Source: Truepera sp. | Lineage (GTDB): Bacteria; Deinococcota; Deinococci; Deinococcales; Trueperaceae | Length of the DNA stretch: 64,000 bases | Direction: 5' to 3' | NCBI GenBank assembly: GCA_965218435.1 | Contig: CBDCKW010000009.1 | Location: forward strand, 3,648,001-3,712,000 | Part shown: positions 58,758 to 64,000 of the stretch, in pieces | Layout: each line of letters starts with the position of its first letter | Numbering within the stretch: the first letter of the stretch is position 1 | Program-made: the position numbers and the translations under genes | The notes under the pieces: generated by a model | Told to the model about the DNA's origin: nothing | Databases searched by the model: none | The model's input: the letters and a program-made list of their open reading frames with translations, nothing else

Positions 58758-59983
58758 TCGCTTTAGCTTGGCGCAACCTCTGGCGGCAGGGGCGGCGCAG
58801 CCTGATTTCACTGTTGGCGGTGGCTCTCGTGGTGCTCTTCGCCACCGTGATGTACAGCTTAGGCGGCGCGCTGACCAACGGGATGTACGGCGACTTGACC
58901 GCTGAGGTGGGCAACGCCCAGATTCGTCCTGAAGGTTACCGCGACGCCCGTAACTTTGACGATGGACTCTTAAAGGATGCCGCCGAGCTTAGGAAGACGG
59001 TTGCACAGACCGCGCCGGACGCCGTAGTCGTGGGTGCGTTACAAGTTCCCGGTCTCGTTGCGGGGGAAACCCGCTCGCGTGGGCTGGCCGTTCAGGGACA
59101 AGATTGGCCGGAACTGTTAAAAAAAGATTTTGTCAATGACCACCTTGCTAAGGGCAGCTTTGTTGAGGGCGATAACGTCACCGGCATTATGCTCGGGCAA
59201 TCTCTGGCTACAGCACTCAAAGTCGGCTTGGGCGATGATGTGTACGTCTATGCCCCCGGCACCGACGGGTACGGCGCAGCAGCTTATACGGTTGAAGGTT
59301 TGCTAGACTTTGACGATCCGAATCAAGAGATCAACGCGGCTTACTTGTCTCTCCCGGCGGCACAAGAACTTGCAGCACCGGATGGGTTGTCGAGGCTCGA
59401 GTTGCACTTCCCCGACATCAATACCTTAGATCAAGACAGTCAGGCGGTAGGCGAACTGACCCAGCTTAGAAACGCACTGCCGCAAGGGGCTGTTGTCGAA
59501 ACCTGGCGGCAACTCGATCCGAGTCTCGCCACACTGGTCAACTTCTTTACGCCCGTTTTAGTCGTGATGTCGTTGATTTTTTTCGTGCTGGCAGGTCTGC
59601 TCGTTCTCAACACGGTTTACCTGAGCACCTTGGAGCGTGTCCGCGAGTTCGGTGTGATTATCAGTTTGGGCGCACGCGGACGGCAGATCATGGGTATGGT
59701 CACCTTAGAAAGTGTCTTGCTGTGTATGACCGGTGCTGCCCTCGGTCTGGCACTTGGTTTGGGCTTTGTGGCGCTCGGTAGAAACGGTTTGACCTTACCC
59801 GGTTACACCGAAGAAATGCTCGCCGAGGTCGGCTTACCCAACGTCCTTTACCTCTCGGTTGACCCGTGGCAAATCTTGCTCGCTGTAGGCTTCGCCGTGT
59901 TGACCGCCTTTTTTGCGGCGCTCGGCCCCGCGCGAATGGCGGCCAACATCGAACCTGCCGAGGCGATGCGGTATACGGCTTGA
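58754..59983 (+). CDS. ABC transporter permease, FtsX/LolE-like
   Basis: LAWRNLWRQGRRS, ERVREFGV, PARMAANIEPAEAMR. Confidence 0.9.
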   Translation: MIALAWRNLWRQGRRSLISLLAVALVVLFATVMYSLGGALTNGMYGDLTAEVGNAQIRPEGYRDARNFDDGLLKDAAELRKTVAQTAPDAVVVGALQVPGLVAGETRSRGLAVQGQDWPELLKKDFVNDHLAKGSFVEGDNVTGIMLGQSLATALKVGLGDDVYVYAPGTDGYGAAAYTVEGLLDFDDPNQEINAAYLSLPAAQELAAPDGLSRLELHFPDINTLDQDSQAVGELTQLRNALPQGAVVETWRQLDPSLATLVNFFTPVLVVMSLIFFVLAGLLVLNTVYLSTLERVREFGVIISLGARGRQIMGMVTLESVLLCMTGAALGLALGLGFVALGRNGLTLPGYTEEMLAEVGLPNVLYLSVDPWQILLAVGFAVLTAFFAALGPARMAANIEPAEAMRYTA

Positions 59984-59987
59984 CAAG

Positions 59988-60452
59988 CAGGAATCAGTAG
60001 TCAGCATTCGGTAGTAGGCTCAGCTATCAGGAGTCAAGAGAAAAGTAATTATTGGCAATCGGCGGAAAGGTGGAAATGATAGGACCGGCTAAAGTATTCA
60101 CGGATTTGGTCGTGTGGCAGAAGGCTCACGCCTTTGTGCTGGCTGTTTACCAACACACCGATGGTTTCCCCAGACAGGAAATCTACGGTCTAACTTCGCA
60201 GTTTCGGCGGGCTGCCGTTTCAGTTCCAGCGAACATCGCTGAGGGGTTTAGAAAACGGGGCAAGGCAGATAAAGCGCGTTATTACAACATCGCCCAAGGT
60301 TCGCTCGAGGAGTGCCGCTACTATCTCATTTTGAGTAGAGATTTAGGTTACGGCGACACCGATGACCTTACGCCCCACCTGGTCGAAACCAGCAAGCTAC
60401 TCGACGCTTTTATCAAATCTCTACTGAATTCTGAACGCTGACTACTGACTAC
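59988..60452. repeat. Heptamer inverted-repeat arrays enclosing the four-helix-bundle gene
   Basis: Left CAGGAAT CAGTAGT CAGCATT CGGTAGT..CAGCTAT CAGGAGT; right TCTACTG AATTCTG AACGCTG ACTACTG ACTAC; perfect 12-bp IR 59994-60005 / 60437-60448. Confidence 0.85.
60076..60441 (+). CDS. Four helix bundle protein (23S rRNA IVS-protein / bAvd-like family)
   Basis: DLVVWQKAH, FPRQEIYGLTSQFRRAAVSVPANIAEG, IAQGSLEE; ATG 60076 after AAGGTGG. Confidence 0.93.
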   Translation: MIGPAKVFTDLVVWQKAHAFVLAVYQHTDGFPRQEIYGLTSQFRRAAVSVPANIAEGFRKRGKADKARYYNIAQGSLEECRYYLILSRDLGYGDTDDLTPHLVETSKLLDAFIKSLLNSER

Positions 60453-60479
60453 ACGTAACTCTCGAAAAAGGAGAAACCT

Positions 60480-61178
60480 ATGTCTTTATTTACCGTAAAA
60501 AATCTGACCAAGACCTATCAAATCGGTGAGGTCAAAACGGACGCCTTACGGGGAGTTGACCTCAGGGTTGATAAGGGCGAGTTTACCGCTATCGCCGGGC
60601 CTTCGGGAAGCGGTAAAAGTACGCTGCTGCACCTCATGGGCGGCCTCGACCAACCCACCTCGGGCGAAGTTTATCTGAACGACAAGCGGATTGACCAGCT
60701 CAGTAAACAAGAGAGTGCGGCCTTGAGGCTCGAGCATCTCGGCTTCGTCTTTCAGGCGTATAACCTGATTCCGGTCCTGACAGCTTTGGAAAATGCGGCG
60801 TTTGTTTTAGAGCTCCGGGGTGTAGCTAAGAAAAAGCGTGAAGCTCGAGCCTTAGCGTCTCTTAAAGCTTTGGGGATAGCAGAGTTCGCCGACCGTAAAC
60901 CTAATCAGCTTTCAGGCGGACAGCAGCAGCGTGTCGCCGTGGCAAGAGCCTTCGCCGCCGAACCCGACATCATCTTGGCGGACGAACCTACAGCAAACCT
61001 CGACAGCAAATCGGGCGGTGACCTGATCGAACTGATGAAACGCCTGAACCGTGAGCAGGGCGTGACCTTCGTTTTTTCCACACACGACCCAAGACTTTTG
61101 GAACACGTCACGCGCACGGTTGAGATGGAAGACGGGCGCATTGTCGATACGGACAAGCTCGAGCCCGTCCTCGCCTAA
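60480..61178 (+). CDS. ABC transporter ATP-binding protein (LolD-like)
   Basis: GPSGSGKST, LSGGQQQRVA, ADEPTANLD, STHD. Confidence 0.93.
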   Translation: MSLFTVKNLTKTYQIGEVKTDALRGVDLRVDKGEFTAIAGPSGSGKSTLLHLMGGLDQPTSGEVYLNDKRIDQLSKQESAALRLEHLGFVFQAYNLIPVLTALENAAFVLELRGVAKKKREARALASLKALGIAEFADRKPNQLSGGQQQRVAVARAFAAEPDIILADEPTANLDSKSGGDLIELMKRLNREQGVTFVFSTHDPRLLEHVTRTVEMEDGRIVDTDKLEPVLA

Positions 61179-61257
61179 AAGAATGAGAAGTCAGAATACA
61201 GGAGTCGGTAGTCAGCAGATTCATCCTAACTACTCGACTACTGAGCACTGACAACTA
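61179..61257. repeat. Heptamer-repeat hairpin element, empty copy 2
   Basis: GAGAAGT CAGAATA CAGGAGT CGGTAGT CAGCAG ... ACTACTCG ACTACTG AGCACTG ACAACTA. Confidence 0.75.
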
Positions 61258-61261
61258 AGAC

Positions 61262-62296
61262 ATGAGATTTTTCTTTGCTCTGTTGTTTCTTATCATCTCT
61301 TCTACCTTCGCCCAGCCCTACTACCGGGGTGAGGTAGAGTTTGCGCTGGACTCGAGCCTCAGCACAGCGTTTCCAGCCCAAAACGGCTTGACACTGGCAG
61401 GGCACCTCGAGGCCGGTTACGACTTGGACCTTGACGACTTGGGACTCAGTGACGCTTCTCCAGTTGCGTTTAACCTCGTCCTCGACCCGAGCATACACGT
61501 TAGCCAACTTGTTACGACCGAGCCAGGGCTGACCGAGCTCTACGCCGCGACAACTTACGGCGACGTTGACCTCAGCTTGGGCGTCGAGCGGCTGCCGTTA
61601 GAAACCGCCCGCTTGAGCGTGCCTTACAGCGTTGAAACCGTGGGGGTGCGGGGCGTTCGTCACGGTGTAGCGGGCGTGCGCGGCGTCTTTTATAGCGGCG
61701 ACTGGCGTGTGCGGGGAGCTGTCTTTTATAGAGACACTGAGCGAGATTTTCTCGAGAATGTGACGCCGCTCGTGAGTGTCAGCCGAACGTTTAACAGCTT
61801 TGACTTGGAGGCTCACGCGCTCTACCAAAACGGCCTCGTTGCCGGACTCAGTAGCAGCGGCTTGGTCAGCGACGTGGTGGTTTACGGCGAAGCGTGGCTT
61901 TTGGTGGACGCAGGTTTTAACGACGTTTCTGGGCGGGGCGCGTTGGGGCTGAACGGGAACCTGGCAACCGGAACCTGGACGCTCGAGGCTGCCTACCTAG
62001 CGCCGGGACTAACGAGCCTTAAAGACGATGACGACTTCTCTCCCTCACAACTGTCATCCACAGCCGACCCGCGTCCCGCAGTGCTGGGTCAGGTCACACT
62101 GCCACTCGGCGACGAGGGCGATATGAGCTTGTCGCTAACCGGTAACGCGTTTTTCGACCCGGACGCACTGCGTTCGGGTGTCGGCGCGGGCTATACGCTC
62201 TTTGGAGACAGCGAACTCACACTCGGCGCAGCGGCGCGGTTCGGGCCTGAACCTGTGGTTGCGACGCTCAGCTTGAGCCTAAAAGCGTTTTTCTGA
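61262..62296 (+). CDS. Putative outer-membrane beta-barrel protein
   Basis: Signal peptide, alternating beta-strand pattern, C-terminal LSLKAFF. Confidence 0.65.
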   Translation: MRFFFALLFLIISSTFAQPYYRGEVEFALDSSLSTAFPAQNGLTLAGHLEAGYDLDLDDLGLSDASPVAFNLVLDPSIHVSQLVTTEPGLTELYAATTYGDVDLSLGVERLPLETARLSVPYSVETVGVRGVRHGVAGVRGVFYSGDWRVRGAVFYRDTERDFLENVTPLVSVSRTFNSFDLEAHALYQNGLVAGLSSSGLVSDVVVYGEAWLLVDAGFNDVSGRGALGLNGNLATGTWTLEAAYLAPGLTSLKDDDDFSPSQLSSTADPRPAVLGQVTLPLGDEGDMSLSLTGNAFFDPDALRSGVGAGYTLFGDSELTLGAAARFGPEPVVATLSLSLKAFF

Positions 62297-62424
62297 ATCT
62301 TTAGCTCGAGTCTAAGGTCGGTAGCTACTGCTGATTGGGTCCGCAAAGCCCTGTAAGACGTTATTCTTGCTGTCAACTTGACGCAACCTTTGCAAAATCT
62401 TGATGCAAAAAGCGCATACTTGCA

Positions 62425-63462
62425 TTGGAGGAACTCGTGAGCAAATCAGCATTCCCAGAAAAGCTTACCAAGACGATTTTTGGCAGTACAGGCGTCGTCG
62501 TAGGTTCAGTTTTAGCCGCAGTGGGCGGTTGGTGGCTTTACAGCAGACTCGGTATCAACCATGACGCCGAACTGCCCCCGGCCATTGACGCACCCCGAAC
62601 CAACTTTACGACCAAGGCCGCCGGACGGCTGAATTACTACAAGAACGACAACGACAGTGGCACCCCCCTCGTCCTGCTTCACAGCGTCAACGCGGCGGCG
62701 AGCGCGTTTGAGGTGAAGCCGCTGTTTGACATGTACCGCAACACCCGCCCGGTGTACGCCCTCGAGCTTCCGGGCTACGGGTTTTCAGACCGCGCTGACC
62801 GGGACTACACGCCTGAGCTTTTTGCCGGGGCCTTCGGTGAGTTTTTAGAGACGCAAGTGGGTAAAGCCGCCGACGTGGTGGCGTTGTCGCTCAGCAGTGA
62901 GTTCGTAGCGAGAGCAGCCCTTACTGCCCCGCAGCTGTTCCGTTCCCTGACCCTGATTTCTCCTACCGGTATGAACACCAAACGCGAGGCGAGAGCCTCG
63001 GACAAAGCTGGAAAGGAAGGCGGCAACGAGACGTTTTACGCCGTCTCGTCAAACCCGCTCTGGGCAAGAGCGTTTTATGACCTGATTGCGACGCCTGCCA
63101 GCATCCGCTACTTTTTGCAGAAGAGTTTCGTCGGGCCGGTGCCCCAAGACCTAGCGCGTTACAGCTACCTGACCTCGCATCAACCGGGGGCCGAACACGT
63201 CCCGCTGCGGTTTATCGCCGGCAAGCTCTTTAGCCCGCAAGTCAGAAAGCGGGTTTACGAACAGCTGAACGTACCGACGCTGGTGCTCTTCGATGAAGAC
63301 GGCTTTGTCAGCTTTGAAAAACTGCCTACACTGACCGCTGCCAACCCCAAGGTCAAGGCAGTGAGGCTCGAGCCCTCGAAAGGCTTGCCGCAGTTTGAGA
63401 TGCCGAGCCGCACGGCGCAGGTGCTGGACAGCTTTTGGCGTGAAGTCGGCGTTCACACCTAA
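62425..63462 (+). CDS. Alpha/beta fold hydrolase (start may be GTG 62437)
   Basis: LLHSVNAAAS, ELPGYGFSDR, VVALSLS. Confidence 0.85.
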   Translation: MEELVSKSAFPEKLTKTIFGSTGVVVGSVLAAVGGWWLYSRLGINHDAELPPAIDAPRTNFTTKAAGRLNYYKNDNDSGTPLVLLHSVNAAASAFEVKPLFDMYRNTRPVYALELPGYGFSDRADRDYTPELFAGAFGEFLETQVGKAADVVALSLSSEFVARAALTAPQLFRSLTLISPTGMNTKREARASDKAGKEGGNETFYAVSSNPLWARAFYDLIATPASIRYFLQKSFVGPVPQDLARYSYLTSHQPGAEHVPLRFIAGKLFSPQVRKRVYEQLNVPTLVLFDEDGFVSFEKLPTLTAANPKVKAVRLEPSKGLPQFEMPSRTAQVLDSFWREVGVHT

Positions 63463-63501
63463 CGAGCTTTATAGCTGGGATGTGATTTGCTTGCGCCCAT
63501 C

Positions 63502-63529
63502 AAAAAGCCCCCGCTCTATACGGGGGCTC
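63502..63529 (-). terminator. Terminator downstream of tRNA-Asn
   Basis: AAAAAGCCCCCCG...CGGGGGCT. Confidence 0.7.
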
Positions 63530-63558
63530 GACCACGCTGTCCAAGACAGCTTTTATTT

Positions 63559-63633
63559 TGGCTCCGCGGGTAGGGCTCGAACCTACGACCGATCGATTAA
63601 CAGTCGATTGCTCTACCACTGAGCTACCGCGGA
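63559..63633 (-). tRNA. tRNA-Asn(GTT)
   Basis: Minus strand: TCCGCGG acceptor stem, ATCGA-CTGTTAA-TCGAT, encoded CCA. Confidence 0.96.
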
Positions 63634-63709
63634 ACACGCGCCCGCATAACGTTCAAGCAGGCGAAGCCAGTTTAACAGGGTGCGCTCGCCCTTGGCAAGT
63701 GCAAGGCGC

Positions 63710-64000
63710 TCAGACGTCCTCTAAGTACGTGTACCCCACTAACTCCGCACTGTACTTGCTGAGGAGCGCCTCAGCGTCCGGGCGCGACAGGGTACCGTTT
63801 GCCATCGCCTCATCCGCCTCTTCAATGAGCCAGTCCCGAAGCTGCGGTGCTTCGTAGCCCATATTTTCAATGACGCGGCGCGCCTTTTGACCATTGACGA
63901 TACGTTCGATGATGAAACCTTCGGGTGTCAAGCGGATGTGCGCTTCGTTGACACGGCCGAAGAGGTTGTGCGAGTTGGCCAGCACATCTTGGTATGCGCC
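63710..64000 (-). CDS. speA: Biosynthetic arginine decarboxylase, 3' end (partial)
   Basis: GAYQDVLANSHNLFG and terminal GYTYLE. Confidence 0.9.
   Translation of the reverse strand, partial: GAYQDVLANSHNLFGRVNEAHIRLTPEGFIIERIVNGQKARRVIENMGYEAPQLRDWLIEEADEAMANGTLSRPDAEALLSKYSAELVGYTYLEDV

Noticed and set aside
60076..60441. Diversity-generating retroelement (bAvd-like fold)
   Set aside because: No reverse transcriptase and no template/variable repeat pair seen in the window.
59984..60479. 23S rRNA intervening sequence
   Set aside because: Flanks are protein-coding ABC genes; there is no rRNA in the window.
63558..63857. 99-aa ORF MAPRVGLEPTT
   Set aside because: Antisense translation of tRNA-Asn and speA.

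Overview
Bacterial chromosomal window, most likely Deinococcota (Trueperaceae/Deinococcales-like). This is inferred from the gene set, the protein styles and many leaderless TANNNT-N5-8-start promoters. Most of it is housekeeping: ruvB, purU, dnaG, glgA, a tRNA nucleotidyltransferase, corA, nth, pilC, rpsT, a TrmJ-type methylase, the 3' end of speA, four tRNAs, sugar ABC and MFS transporters, and a copA/csoR copper locus. Main signals: (1) The palindrome CTCGAG occurs about 124 times by manual count versus about 20 expected, and an orphan gamma-class N6-adenine methyltransferase sits in a housekeeping operon. (2) In a Lol-like ABC operon, a four-helix-bundle (IVS-protein/bAvd-like) gene is enclosed by inverted arrays of heptamer repeats, and two 'empty' copies of the same repeat hairpin lie at other gene junctions of that operon. 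(3) An IS4-family element with intact IRs and a 9-bp TSD has most of its transposase replaced by a merR+SDR cassette fused in frame to the transposase C-terminus. (4) A DinB-family gene is broken by an IS5-family element, an IS200 element and a frameshift, and the IS5 itself carries a 27-nt micro-insertion. (5) There are several AT-richer singleton genes (DUF4209/HEPN-like, Fic, zinc-ribbon orphan). Family calls come from recognised motifs, not database searches.
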